Shown one piece after another: positions 27,446 to 37,522 of a stretch of 64,000 nt of DNA. The translations under genes were made by a program, and so were the position numbers. Every line of letters starts with the position of its first letter. The first letter of the stretch is position 1. This DNA comes from Candidatus Latescibacterota bacterium (GTDB lineage: Bacteria; Latescibacterota; UBA2968; UBA8231): the NCBI GenBank assembly GCA_965200315.1, contig OZ241362.1, positions 1,664,001 through 1,728,000 on the forward strand, read 5' to 3'. The notes beneath the pieces were generated by a model, which saw only the letters and a list, made by a program, of their open reading frames with translations, made no database searches and was not told the DNA's origin.

Positions 27446-27802
27446 TCAGTCTTGGTTTAGGATCTTCACCTGCGGATGTGCAGCATCTATAGTCCAAGCC
27501 CCAAGCTGACCGTCCCCGTCCAAGTCGGCCCGCACCACCAACCAGAATCCCGTGTTCATAGGCCAGAACTCCCAAGTATAGCCCTCTATCTGCCACCAAG
27601 CGCGCCGGATTCTCTCGTCATTCGGATCGAAGTAGCGGCCGTGCTTAGCAAAATGGGCCTTTTCGAGCAAGTAGAGCTGCTCCAACCGCGCCTCCAATTG
27701 GATCAAGGCCCGCTCATGCGGAGTCAGGCGAGAAAAATGCACAATGCCCAGTCCTATGAGCAGCAACGCCAAGAGCGTCAACTCGACCAGTCTCAGCGGC
27801 AT
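27446..27802 (-). CDS. Small pilin-like membrane-anchored protein
   Basis: N-terminal LVEL + hydrophobic helix, EKAHFAKHGRY, C-terminal ADLDGDG..WTID. Confidence 0.55.
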   Translation of the reverse strand: MPLRLVELTLLALLLIGLGIVHFSRLTPHERALIQLEARLEQLYLLEKAHFAKHGRYFDPNDERIRRAWWQIEGYTWEFWPMNTGFWLVVRADLDGDGQLGAWTIDAAHPQVKILNQD

Positions 27803-29355
27803 GGGATCTCCACTCCCTCGACGACTTGGTCCGCGTCTAAGTCAACCGGCTCGCCATAGCGTCCATAAGGCTCGGCATAGCGAAAGGGGCTGAGCGAGCC
27901 GTCGCTATACTCACCGTCGCCATCGCGATCTACAAACGCCCACAACGCGTAGGTCCCGGCCAGCAGGCCGTTCAGCGCAAACAGCCCATCCTCGTCGGTC
28001 CATTCGGCGTACGTCCGCCCGTCCTCGTTGATGGCCGCGATTCGGACGCGACCTTCTTCCCCGGTCTGTACCTGCCCTCGAATCGCCGCGGTCTCCGCGC
28101 CGACGGTAAACGAAAGCGCGAGCAAGCTGTCGGCGAGTCCATTACCCGCTCGGTCCAAGAACCGAGCAGCCGGCCCCGCGAGCCGATACGCACCCGGTGC
28201 CAGCGGTTCGATGGGCGCAAAGCGGGCGCGGTTGGGGGCTGGCCACAGCCAGTTTCCCGCTAATGCTTGCGTCGAATCGCTCTCCGTCCAAAATCCTCCC
28301 AACGCAACCGGCTGCATGGCCTCGGAAAAAAGCAAGTCCAAAGCATCGCTTGGGGCCAATCGGTCCCGCGCCAACCCGACGAAAGAAGGCGGCTTGCGGT
28401 CGGGTCGCCCACTGCCGCGAACGGGCGCATCCCACTGCACGGGCGCTCCGGCGAACGCAAGCTGTACAGCATAGCGTCGGTCTGGCTCTTGCGCTGCCGT
28501 CTCGACGTAGATTTTCTCCTCTGCATCCGGGGCCGCATACAGCGACTCCACCGCCAGCCCGGCGACTTCTATCTCTAAACTTTGCAGATCCACGGCCTCG
28601 GTAAACAGCAACATCAGCCGCTCGGCGTGTATGGCTTGGACCCGCTTGAGCTCGGGCGCGGGCTTTTGCCGACGCACGAGGGCCAAATCGCCAGCTAGCA
28701 CTGCCTCCTCCCCCACTTCCACAGAGGACGACGACAGGGCCAACCACTCGTCGGCGTCGGGCAGGGCGTTGCGATTTGCGTCCCTAAAAGCCAGTACCCG
28801 ATAGTGGCCTAGAGCGAGGCGGGAAAACTCGTAGTCTCCGTCGGCACCGCTCTGCGTCTGATAGGACGGTTCGTCCAATCTTACCTCCCCGCTAAAGGTT
28901 CCCAAATCATAGGCCCAAACATGGGCACCGGCCACGGGTTGATGGTCTTGGTACACCCGGCCTCGCACCAAACTTTGGTCGAGCTGCGAGCCGGTGGCAA
29001 AAGCTAAAGTAAAGGATTTGGTCAAGGCATTGCCCCGCAGATCCCGCGCCCCGGTCCCCACCGTCAACACATAAGTTCGCTCCTCGGCCAAGGGCATAGC
29101 AATGCGCAGTCGCGGACCGTGCCACGACAGTTGCAGCGGCCCGACCGGCGAGGTAAAAAGAGCGGCTTCGGTCTGCTCGCGATTCATGGATTCGCTGAAG
29201 ACGATTTCTACTTCGGTATCCCGCGCCACTTCCAAAGCGTCGCTCTCCGGGTAGTGAGACAGAATGCGAGGCGGCTCTTTGTCCATCGGCCCTCCGGTGG
29301 GCGGCCCGACTTTGGCACAGCCCAACAACAGGGCGACCAAGACGCTAATCGGCAC
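27793..29355 (-). CDS. Lipoprotein with bacterial Ig-like (Big_5) domains
   Basis: Lipobox LLGC followed by AKVGPPTGGPMDKEPP; FSESM, DLRGN, AFRDANRN motifs. Confidence 0.8.
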   Translation of the reverse strand: MPISVLVALLLGCAKVGPPTGGPMDKEPPRILSHYPESDALEVARDTEVEIVFSESMNREQTEAALFTSPVGPLQLSWHGPRLRIAMPLAEERTYVLTVGTGARDLRGNALTKSFTLAFATGSQLDQSLVRGRVYQDHQPVAGAHVWAYDLGTFSGEVRLDEPSYQTQSGADGDYEFSRLALGHYRVLAFRDANRNALPDADEWLALSSSSVEVGEEAVLAGDLALVRRQKPAPELKRVQAIHAERLMLLFTEAVDLQSLEIEVAGLAVESLYAAPDAEEKIYVETAAQEPDRRYAVQLAFAGAPVQWDAPVRGSGRPDRKPPSFVGLARDRLAPSDALDLLFSEAMQPVALGGFWTESDSTQALAGNWLWPAPNRARFAPIEPLAPGAYRLAGPAARFLDRAGNGLADSLLALSFTVGAETAAIRGQVQTGEEGRVRIAAINEDGRTYAEWTDEDGLFALNGLLAGTYALWAFVDRDGDGEYSDGSLSPFRYAEPYGRYGEPVDLDADQVVEGVEIPCR

Positions 29356-30301
29356 CGTGCGGATGGGCCTCGGCGTAGATGGCTTGCAGGTGCTCCAAGC
29401 TCACTTCAGTATAGCTTTGTGTCGCGGCCAAAGTCGCGTGGCCAAGGAGTTCTTTGACGGCCACTAAATCGGCACCCGCGTCGAGGAGATGAGCGGCAAA
29501 GGAGTGGCGCAGACGATGCGGGCTGAGCGAATCGTCTGCCGACACGGTGCGCAAATGGCGCTCGACGATGCGCTGCACGGTGCGGCGACTCAAGCGCTTG
29601 CCGCGCCCGTTGAGGAAGAGGACACCGGCTTCTACTTGGGACATATCGCATTCGAGCAGGACCTCGGCGCGGCGGTGCAAGTACGCTTTGAGTGCCTCTT
29701 GCGCCTTTGCACCAATGGGGGCGATGCGCTCTTTGCGGCCCTTGCCCATCACCCTGATGGTGCCTTCGGCCAGATCCAGCGACGAGAGATTGAGCGCCAC
29801 CAACTCCCCGAGGCGAATGCCCCCTCCGTAGAACACCTCTAGAATGGCCCGATCCCGTACGCCGCTAAACCGCTCGGTCGCAGGGGCTTCCATGGCCTCA
29901 GCGACCTGCTCTACGGGCAGGTGCCGCGGCAATGCGCGCTCGACTAAGGGCGATGCCACCGCACCAGCCGGATTGGCGACGAGCGCGCCCGCACGACAGA
30001 GATAGCGGAAAAGCGAGCGCAGAGCCGCCAATTTGCGGGCGACTGTACTGGCCTTAAGGCCCTTTTCCTCTAGGTCGGCAACAAAGGCCTGCACCTGCTC
30101 GCGCTGCACTACCCGCAGCGGCAGTTGCAGATTATCGACTCGCGGGTAGAGAAAGCGAGCAAATTGCTGCAAGTCGCAGCGATATGAACTGAGGGTGTAC
30201 TCGGCGTAGTTGCGCTCTTTATCCAAGTATTCCAAGAAGCGGGAAATGCCCTCTTCAAGGCTGGATCCGGCGTGCAGAGCGCTTTGCGGTGCATCGGCCA
30301 T
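29345..30301 (-). CDS. xerC: Tyrosine recombinase XerC
   Basis: RDRAILE..GIRLGEL, GKGRKER, PHRLRHSFA.HLL..GADL..VKELLGH..TQSY; lies next to topA. Confidence 0.88.
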   Translation of the reverse strand: MADAPQSALHAGSSLEEGISRFLEYLDKERNYAEYTLSSYRCDLQQFARFLYPRVDNLQLPLRVVQREQVQAFVADLEEKGLKASTVARKLAALRSLFRYLCRAGALVANPAGAVASPLVERALPRHLPVEQVAEAMEAPATERFSGVRDRAILEVFYGGGIRLGELVALNLSSLDLAEGTIRVMGKGRKERIAPIGAKAQEALKAYLHRRAEVLLECDMSQVEAGVLFLNGRGKRLSRRTVQRIVERHLRTVSADDSLSPHRLRHSFAAHLLDAGADLVAVKELLGHATLAATQSYTEVSLEHLQAIYAEAHPHGAD

Positions 30302-30330
30302 GGCGTAGCGAGCCAAGGAGGAAAGGATAT

Positions 30331-32604
30331 TCAGGCAGCTTGGGCGCTTTTGTCTTTTTCGCCCTCTTCGCTTTCGTACTCAGTGCCGCAAACCCGGCAG
30401 TACTGGGTAGGGGTACCCGAGCGGCTCCCCTTTTCGTAGAGCAAGGCGGCGTCGCAATGGGTGCATTTGCGGTCTATGGGGCGGTCCCAACTGGCGAACT
30501 TGCACTCGGGATAGGTGCTGCAACCAAAGAAAACTTTGCCTTTGCGCGACCGCTTCTCCACGATCTGGCCCCCGCAGCCGTCCTCTGGACACTGGATCCC
30601 GAGGACATAGGGTTTGACGTTTTTGCAATCTGGATAGCTGCTACAAGCCAAAAAGCGACCATAGCGACCCATCTTGACGACCATCGGTGCGCTGCACTGA
30701 TCGCAGACTTCGTCGGTCTCCACCTCGCCCTGCTCTTCGAGGGGCTTGGTATTTTTGCACTTGGGATAACCAGAGCAAGCGAGGAACCGGCCATTGCGGC
30801 CCCACTTGACGACCATGTCGGCCCCGCACTCCTCGCAGTCCTCGTCCGACACCTCTTGCAACGCGCGCTTTAGCTCTTTGCGGCGGTTGTTGGCCGCGTC
30901 TAAGTCGCCTTTCCACGAGTCGTAGAACTGCTGCACGATCTTCACCCAGTTGGTGCCCCCGTCTTCGACCTGATCGAGCTTGTCCTCCATGTTGGCCGTG
31001 AAAGCCACGTTGAAGAGGTGCGGAAAGGTATCGACGAGTAGTTTGTTGACGGTCTGGCCGCGCTCAGTGGCCACAAAGTAGCGATTATCGACCTTTTCGG
31101 CGTACTCGCGATCGAGGATGGTAGTGATAATTTGCGCGTAGGTTGAGGGACGACCAATACCCTCGGATTCTAGCTCTTTGACGAGAGACGCCTCGGTAAA
31201 GCGCGGCGGCGGCTTGGTAAAGTGCTGCTCAGGAGCGATCTGCTCTAACTTTAGCACCTCACCCTCGGCAATATCGGAGGGCATGGCCCGCAACTTGCCC
31301 TCTTCGTTAGGCGCGGCCAATTCTTGGCTCTCTTCTTCCTTACTCTCGCTATAGAGCAAGGTAAAGCCCGAAAACTTGACGATGCTACCCGTGGCGCGAA
31401 GCAAATAAGGACCGGCCTCGACATTGGCCGTCGTGATGTTGAGAATCTGTGGCTTCATCTGCGAGGTCACGAATCGCTTCCAGATCAGGGAGTACACTCG
31501 TGCCTGATCTGGCGTGAGCAAGTGCTTAACTTTGTCTGGATGTAAGGCTACGGAGGTGGGGCGTATAGCCTCGTGGGCGTCCTGGGCGCTGTTTTTGGTC
31601 CGGTAGTGATTGGGCACTTCGGGTACGTACTCGCGGCCGTAGCGGGTGCCGATCTGCTCGCGCACCTCGGCAATGGCGTCGGCTGCAACGCGCACCGAAT
31701 CCGTGCGCATATAGGTGATCAGACCACGGGTTTCGCCCTCGACCTCAATGCCTTCGTATAGCTGCTGAGCTACGGCCATGGTGCGCTTGACCGAAAAGCG
31801 CATCCGCCGAGCGCATTCTTGCTGCAAGGTGCTAGTCGTGAAGGGCGGGGCCGGGCGACGCATTTGGTCGCGCTTTTTGACCTCTTTGACTGCTATATCC
31901 TGAGTGGCCAACTCGGCGGCGATGCGATCGGCCTCTTCCTGATTGCCGATGTCGAGCTTCTCGCCGTCTTTGGCCAACAGGCGCGCCCAGAACGAACCTC
32001 GGTTCTCGCGGCCCAACAGGGCCTCAATCGACCAGTATTCCTGCGGATTAAACGCCTTGATCTCGCTGTCGCGCTCACAGATTAACCGCACGGCTACGGA
32101 CTGCACTCTGCCGGCTGAGAGCCCGGAGTGTATGACCTTCCACAAGAGCGGGCTGATCTCGTAGCCGACTAAGCGGTCGAGTACGCGCCGCGCCTGTTGG
32201 GCATCGACCTTGTGTAGATCGAGTGCGCCCGAATGCTCTAGCGACTCGTGTACCGCTTTGGGCGTAATCTCGTTGAAGAGAATTCGCTTGACGCTGTCGT
32301 TTTTGTGGGAGATGGCTTGAGCCACGTGCCAGGCAATGGCTTCTCCCTCGCGGTCGGGATCGGTAGCTAAGTAGGTGGTATCGGCGGCTTGGGCTGCTTT
32401 GCGGAGGCCGCTGAGGATCTTGCCCTTTCCCCGAATGGTCACATAGCGCGGCTTGAAGCCGGCTTCAACGTCGATACCTAGCTCTTTCGGCGGCAGGTCC
32501 CGAACGTGCCCCATACAGGGTTTGACCACAAAGTTTTTGCCTAAAATTTTGTTGATTGTCTTGGCCTTGGCTGGCGACTCGACAACCACCAATGACTTGC
32601 CCAT
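30331..32604 (-). CDS. topA: DNA topoisomerase I
   Basis: MGKSLVVVESPAKAKTI, ATDPDREGE, SAGRVQS, ITYMRTDS, C-terminal Zn ribbons. Confidence 0.97.
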   Translation of the reverse strand: MGKSLVVVESPAKAKTINKILGKNFVVKPCMGHVRDLPPKELGIDVEAGFKPRYVTIRGKGKILSGLRKAAQAADTTYLATDPDREGEAIAWHVAQAISHKNDSVKRILFNEITPKAVHESLEHSGALDLHKVDAQQARRVLDRLVGYEISPLLWKVIHSGLSAGRVQSVAVRLICERDSEIKAFNPQEYWSIEALLGRENRGSFWARLLAKDGEKLDIGNQEEADRIAAELATQDIAVKEVKKRDQMRRPAPPFTTSTLQQECARRMRFSVKRTMAVAQQLYEGIEVEGETRGLITYMRTDSVRVAADAIAEVREQIGTRYGREYVPEVPNHYRTKNSAQDAHEAIRPTSVALHPDKVKHLLTPDQARVYSLIWKRFVTSQMKPQILNITTANVEAGPYLLRATGSIVKFSGFTLLYSESKEEESQELAAPNEEGKLRAMPSDIAEGEVLKLEQIAPEQHFTKPPPRFTEASLVKELESEGIGRPSTYAQIITTILDREYAEKVDNRYFVATERGQTVNKLLVDTFPHLFNVAFTANMEDKLDQVEDGGTNWVKIVQQFYDSWKGDLDAANNRRKELKRALQEVSDEDCEECGADMVVKWGRNGRFLACSGYPKCKNTKPLEEQGEVETDEVCDQCSAPMVVKMGRYGRFLACSSYPDCKNVKPYVLGIQCPEDGCGGQIVEKRSRKGKVFFGCSTYPECKFASWDRPIDRKCTHCDAALLYEKGSRSGTPTQYCRVCGTEYESEEGEKDKSAQAA

Positions 32605-32764
32605 CTGCTCCCTCGGTTGATAGCCCTTAAGACGTAAGTTACGTAATTTCTTGAATATATAGACGCCCCAAAACAACCGCAAGACGCGCTCTTGACAAAC
32701 CAGAGCTACCGCCTTTTTGTAACGCGTTTAGTATTGTGCGCTGCATTCTCTAAGGATTTGCACT

Positions 32765-33520
32765 TTGATTCACCGCAAAAAATCAAGCGAAATAGACCAC
32801 ATTGCCGCGAGCTGCGAGATCGTCTTCGCCGTCCAGCAGAAGCTCGAAGCGCTCATCGCGCCCGGCGTCAGCACCCTCGAGCTGGATCAAGTCGCTGAGG
32901 CCGAAATCCGCGCCTTAGGAGCGGTGCCCGCCTTCAAGGGATACCACGGCTTCCCCTACTCGATTTGCGCTTCAGTAAACGCCGCAATCGTGCATGGATT
33001 CCCCACCGAAGCTCCACTACAAGAGGGCGACATCGTCAGCATTGACGTGGGTACCTGCCTCGACGGTTACTATGGCGACGGGGCCTTTACCGTCGCAGTC
33101 GGCGCGATCAGCGCACAGGCGCAGCACCTCATCAACGGCACCCTCAACTGCCTCGCACGGGGCATTGACCGAGCGCGATCTGGTGGGCGGCTTTCCGACA
33201 TCTCGCACGCCATCCAGTGCCACGCCGAAAGCCAAGGGCTAGCCGTAGTGCGCGAGTACGGGGGCCACGGCATTGGCCGCGAGCTGCACGAGTCGCCCTA
33301 TATCGAAAATTATGGCTCGCCCGGCAAAGGCCCGCTGCTCAAGCCCGGACATGTATTTTGCATCGAGCCGATTCTCTGCCTAGGCAACCCTCAAATCGAC
33401 CATCTCGACGATTGGACCACCCTCACCTCCGACCGCTCGCTCGCCGCTCATGCCGAGCACACCGTCGTCATTACTGAGGACGGGCCGCGGATTCTGACTC
33501 TGCCCGCCGTGCCGGCATGA
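32765..33520 (+). CDS. map: Methionine aminopeptidase type I
   Basis: FKGYHGFP..CASVN..VHG, SIDVG..GYYGD, GHGIG..HE, IEP, AHAEHT. Confidence 0.95.
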   Translation: MIHRKKSSEIDHIAASCEIVFAVQQKLEALIAPGVSTLELDQVAEAEIRALGAVPAFKGYHGFPYSICASVNAAIVHGFPTEAPLQEGDIVSIDVGTCLDGYYGDGAFTVAVGAISAQAQHLINGTLNCLARGIDRARSGGRLSDISHAIQCHAESQGLAVVREYGGHGIGRELHESPYIENYGSPGKGPLLKPGHVFCIEPILCLGNPQIDHLDDWTTLTSDRSLAAHAEHTVVITEDGPRILTLPAVPA

Positions 33521-34272
33521 AGGTCACCTTCCTCGGCACTGGCACCTCTATCGGGGTGCCGCGCATCGGCTGCTACTGCCCAGTTTGCGCCTCGGACGAC
33601 CCGAAAAACAAGCGTTTGCGCTGCGCTTTACACCTAGTACATCAAGGCCGGTCCATTCTCGTTGATGCCGGTCCGGATCTCAGAACTCAAGCCCTGCGCT
33701 ATCAGATCGACCGCGTCGATTGCGTACTGCTGACTCACGGCCACGCCGATCATCTGCACGGCCTCGACGACGTGCGCTCCTATTGCTTTGACCGCGATCA
33801 GCCGCTGCCCTGCTATGCGGACCCGCACACCATTGCACGCATCGAACGAGTCTTCGACTACGCCTTTGACAAAGACGCCCCCAGCGCGACGCCACAGCTA
33901 GCCCTGCGTCCGATTGCCGGGCCGTTCACAGCTTGTGGACTCGCCATCGAGCCGCTCACCATCTATCACGGCCGCTCCCCGGTCCTAGCCTTCCGCATCG
34001 ACAACTTCGCCTACGCCACGGACACTAATTACATCCCAGAGGCGGCAATGGCGCGACTGCGCGGTCTAGAGGTGCTGGTCCTCGACGCACTGCGCCACAA
34101 AGAACATCCCACTCATTTCAACGTCGAGCAGGCGTTGGCCATTGTCGCCGAACTCCAGCCTACTCGCACGTACTTCACGCATATAGCCCACGACCTCGAC
34201 CACCGTCAGACCAATGCCAAACTCCCCCCAAGCGTGCAACTAGCCTACGACGGCTTGGTGTTGGAGTTGTAA
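33517..34272 (+). CDS. MBL-fold metallo-hydrolase (PhnP-like)
   Basis: FLGTGTSIGVP.IGC.C.VC, THGHADHLHGLDD, THI.H, LAYDG. Confidence 0.92.
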   Translation: MKVTFLGTGTSIGVPRIGCYCPVCASDDPKNKRLRCALHLVHQGRSILVDAGPDLRTQALRYQIDRVDCVLLTHGHADHLHGLDDVRSYCFDRDQPLPCYADPHTIARIERVFDYAFDKDAPSATPQLALRPIAGPFTACGLAIEPLTIYHGRSPVLAFRIDNFAYATDTNYIPEAAMARLRGLEVLVLDALRHKEHPTHFNVEQALAIVAELQPTRTYFTHIAHDLDHRQTNAKLPPSVQLAYDGLVLEL

Positions 34273-34313
34273 CAAAAAACGAGGATGCCGCCGGTCTCCC
34301 GACGACATCCTCG
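34272..34313 (-). terminator. Probable terminator for nrdJ
   Basis: Stem CGAGGATG / CATCCTCG, followed on the minus strand by TTTTTTG. Confidence 0.55.
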
Positions 34314-34342
34314 CCTCAAAAAAAGCACAGTCCGGCTTTAGT

Positions 34343-36700
34343 TTAACACTTGGACCAGCCGCAGTGCTTGCACATCAGACAGCTACTCTCATAGGCTACC
34401 GTCGCCCCGCATTCTGGACAGGTCGTTAGCGTCTTTGGCTTGCTGCTTACAGCGAAACTAGGCGGTACGCCCTCGGGAGCAATAGCATCGGGCTGCTTGC
34501 CCGCCTTCCGCTGCAAATAGCGCTCCATCGCCTTGCCAATCGCGTCCGGCGTCGATAGGACGAGCTCGCCGTCTTCCCATACCGGAGTCGGCCCCGAAAT
34601 GCCCTTCAACTCGCTGATGACTTCCTGAGGATCAACCCCCGAGCGCAGCGCGAGCGAAATCAGCCGACTGACGGCTTCGGATTGGGCAGCCGCATTGCCG
34701 CCCGCTTTACCGATGGTGCTAAAGACTTCGCAGACCCCGTATTCGTCTTCGTTGATCGTTACGTAGATCTTGCCCTCGCCGGTGTTGATCCGCTCGGTAA
34801 TACCCGTGGTGACAGCCGGGCGGCGACGGCGGTGCCGAAAGCCATCCGGCCCTAGGGAATCGGGCATTTCCACAGCCGGAGCTTTGGCTTCCTTTTTGTC
34901 GGCTTGGCCCTCGGTCTGCAGGATGCCCTCGCGGCTGCCCTCGCGGTACACCGTCACGCCCTTGAGGCCCTCCTTGTACGCGGTGATGTAGATGTCGGCG
35001 ACCGTCTCTAGCGCGATGTCTTTGGGCAGGTTGATGGTCGAAGAAATGCTGCTGTCGGTGTACTTCTGGATTACTCCCTGCATCTTGACTCGGAAGTAGG
35101 GGTCGATTTCATGGGCTGTCACGACGTAGTCGGGCAGGTCTTCGTCGCCGCCGAAGACGCGTTGGACGAGCGGGTGATAGACCTTGTATTCGCGGAAACT
35201 CTCGCCGTCGTCCTGCTTTACCCGGCGGGTGTAGCTAGTGCAAAAAATTGGCTCAATCCCCGAACTCGTCTGCGCCACAATCGACCCCGTGCCCACCGGC
35301 GGCATGGTAATCAAGGTGCAATTGCGCAGACCGTGCGCGGCAATTTTCTCTTGCAGCACTTGCGGCAGGCTCTGGATGAACTTGCTCTGCTTGACGCCTT
35401 CCCAGTCGAAAAGCGGAAAGGGGGCCTTCTCCCGAGCCAATTCGACGGACATTTCATAGGAGTTGTGGCAGATGGTGGCCATAATGCGGTCAATGATCGA
35501 TAGGGCCTCGTCCGAATCGTACTTGCTCTGCATCAAGACCAGCGCATCGGCCATGCCAGTGATGCCCAAACCCACTCGGCGGTCAGAGGCTACGGCTTCG
35601 CGAATTTTAGGCAAGGCATGATTGTCCACGTTATAATCAATGACATTATCTAAAAAGCGGGTCGCCACGCGGGCGACCCGCCCCAACTCATCGTAGTCGA
35701 GTTCGCCATCGGCACGGACGAAGTTCACCAAATTGAGATTGCCTAGGTTGCAGGCTGTGTACGAGGCCAGTGGCTGTTCGCCGCAGGGATTAGTGCTAGT
35801 GAGTGGATTGGCGTATTCGACATTGTGATGCTCGCGCATCGTATCCCAAAAAATAATCCCCGGCTCGGCGCTGGCGTGGGCATTGGCAGTGATCTTGTCC
35901 CACAATTGGCGCGCCTTGACCGTGCGGAACACTTTGCCACCCCAGCGCAAGTCAAAGTCCAAGTCGGCCAACACAGCCCGCATGAACTCGTGGGTAATCA
36001 GCACGCTGATGTTGGCGTACTGCACTTTGGTGCGATTGGCGTCGTTTTTGATGGTGATGAAATCTTCAATGTCGGGATGATCAACCCGCAAGGTCAGCAT
36101 CAAGGCACCGCGGCGTCCGGCTTGGGAGACGGCATTGGTGCTCTCGGAGAGCAGATTCATAAAGGCGGTGCAACCCGGCGAGGCATCTACCGTAGCGTTG
36201 ACCGGAGCCCCCTGCGGCCTGAGAATCGACAAATCCGTGCCGACACCCCCGCCCGTGCGGTACACCATCGCCGACTCGCTCAGACAGCGATAGATGCCCT
36301 CTAGGCTGTCTTCTTCGATGGGGATGACATAGCAGTTGGACAACGTCGGCTTGCGCCTAGCCTCGTCGCGGCCAGCACCGTGCATGACGCGCCCGCCGGG
36401 GATGAACTTGAAGTCCATCAACAGCGAAAAGAAGCGGTCGTACCAGAGTTGGGGATCCTTCTCCACCGAGGCCATGGCCCGGGCGATGCGATCCCAGATG
36501 TGCAGCGGGCCGGTTTCGCCGGGTGCCAAGTACTTGTTGCGCAAAACGTCAATGGCCAAGTCGTTGTCCCCGTAATAGGTCTCAGCATCAGCGGCACGGG
36601 CCAAGAGAGCGTCATGGCCGTTGCGCTTGAGCCCGCGGTCTTCGAGTTGTGCCAGCATATCTTCAAATCGGTGTGCGAGTGAGAGTTCGGAATCCATCAT
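34343..36700 (-). CDS. nrdJ: Adenosylcobalamin-dependent (class II) ribonucleotide reductase
   Basis: LSNCYV, TNPCGEQPL..CNLG, PVGTGSI..SSGIEP, SISSTINL, GVTVYREGSR; C-terminal TSCPD-type domain (STPDAI) and Zn ribbon. RBS AGGGAGG before ATG 36700. Confidence 0.93.
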   Translation of the reverse strand: MMDSELSLAHRFEDMLAQLEDRGLKRNGHDALLARAADAETYYGDNDLAIDVLRNKYLAPGETGPLHIWDRIARAMASVEKDPQLWYDRFFSLLMDFKFIPGGRVMHGAGRDEARRKPTLSNCYVIPIEEDSLEGIYRCLSESAMVYRTGGGVGTDLSILRPQGAPVNATVDASPGCTAFMNLLSESTNAVSQAGRRGALMLTLRVDHPDIEDFITIKNDANRTKVQYANISVLITHEFMRAVLADLDFDLRWGGKVFRTVKARQLWDKITANAHASAEPGIIFWDTMREHHNVEYANPLTSTNPCGEQPLASYTACNLGNLNLVNFVRADGELDYDELGRVARVATRFLDNVIDYNVDNHALPKIREAVASDRRVGLGITGMADALVLMQSKYDSDEALSIIDRIMATICHNSYEMSVELAREKAPFPLFDWEGVKQSKFIQSLPQVLQEKIAAHGLRNCTLITMPPVGTGSIVAQTSSGIEPIFCTSYTRRVKQDDGESFREYKVYHPLVQRVFGGDEDLPDYVVTAHEIDPYFRVKMQGVIQKYTDSSISSTINLPKDIALETVADIYITAYKEGLKGVTVYREGSREGILQTEGQADKKEAKAPAVEMPDSLGPDGFRHRRRRPAVTTGITERINTGEGKIYVTINEDEYGVCEVFSTIGKAGGNAAAQSEAVSRLISLALRSGVDPQEVISELKGISGPTPVWEDGELVLSTPDAIGKAMERYLQRKAGKQPDAIAPEGVPPSFAVSSKPKTLTTCPECGATVAYESSCLMCKHCGWSKC

Positions 36701-36815
36701 ACCCTCCCTTGGAGCAAAAAAATCCATGGGGCGAAGTGGAAAACATCGCCAAAAATGAGAACTTAGGTCAACTACTGTTAGGGTTAGTGGAGAGAGTAAA
36801 AAGTGCAGCCCTGAG

Positions 36816-36862
36816 ACACATTATCTCAGGGTATTACACTCGTCTGACACAAGATGTTGTGT
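36816..36862. promoter_or_regulatory. Tandem NrdR boxes
   Basis: ACACAAGATGTTGTGT (36847-36862, close to the acaCwAtATaTwGtgt consensus) and a weaker ACACATTATCTCAGGG (36816-36831). The boxes are 31 bp apart, just downstream of the nrdJ promoter. Confidence 0.75.
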
Positions 36863-36870
36863 CGGGGCCT

Positions 36871-36899
36871 AAAGTAGAGAAGGGGCTCACATTTGTCAA
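36871..36899 (-). promoter_or_regulatory. Sigma70 promoter for nrdJ
   Basis: Minus strand TTGACA-17 bp-TACTTT. Confidence 0.65.
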
Positions 36900-36967
36900 G
36901 TACAACAAGTTCCAGAACAATTTCTTTTCAATCCGGTTAGGATGCGCTAAAAAAATAGTTCTGGCCT

Positions 36968-37420
36968 TTAATTATTGGCCAATTGCTCCAGTTCGCGCAT
37001 GAAATCGCTCTTGTCCTTGAACTGGCGATAGACCGAGGCAAAGCGCACATACGCCACCTCGTTAAGCTGACGCAGATGCTCTATGACTCGCTCGCCGATC
37101 TGCTTGGAGGGAATTTCCTTCACGTTGAGACTGCCCACTTCGGCCTCGACCAGATCGACGAGCTGCTCGATCTCCTCGGCCGAAACGGTCGTCTTGTAAC
37201 AGGCTATCTGTATCTTGTCGAGCAGTTTGCTGCGATCAAAAGGCTCGCGGCGACCGTCGGCCTTGATAACGGATAGAGGCACGTTTTCAATGTATTCATA
37301 GGTTGTAAAGCGCTTGGCACAGCTTATGCACTCGCGGCGCCGGCGAATCGCCATACCTTCGCGGCACGACCGAGAATCCACCACCCGATCTTCTTCACAA
37401 TTGCAATAGGGACACCGCAT
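36968..37420 (-). CDS. nrdR: Transcriptional repressor NrdR
   Basis: MRCPYC..VVDSR..IRRRREC..C..RFTTYE, ATP cone, VAYVRFASVY. Confidence 0.97.
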   Translation of the reverse strand: MRCPYCNCEEDRVVDSRSCREGMAIRRRRECISCAKRFTTYEYIENVPLSVIKADGRREPFDRSKLLDKIQIACYKTTVSAEEIEQLVDLVEAEVGSLNVKEIPSKQIGERVIEHLRQLNEVAYVRFASVYRQFKDKSDFMRELEQLANN

Positions 37421-37522
37421 AGACTTATCCTCCTGAGCGTACGGTGGACGGCGTTTGTGCAGGGAAGAAAGGGAAGGAAAGTACTACTAAATATAAGAAA
37501 AAATAGGAGGATATAGCAACCG

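Noticed and set aside
29345-30301. Tyrosine recombinase as the integrase of a mobile element
   Set aside because: XerC-type size and motifs, housekeeping position next to topA, and no att sites or cargo.
32632-32644. Palindrome ACGTAAGTTACGT between topA and map
   Set aside because: Single short palindrome with no second copy or cognate regulator seen; cannot be supported as an operator.
34343-36700. Possible intein or intron in nrdJ (a common host gene)
   Set aside because: Normal length with contiguous motifs; no intein splice motifs or frame break.
37481-37500. Possible NrdR box upstream of nrdR (CTACTAAATATAAG)
   Set aside because: The conserved G is out of register and there is no partner box.
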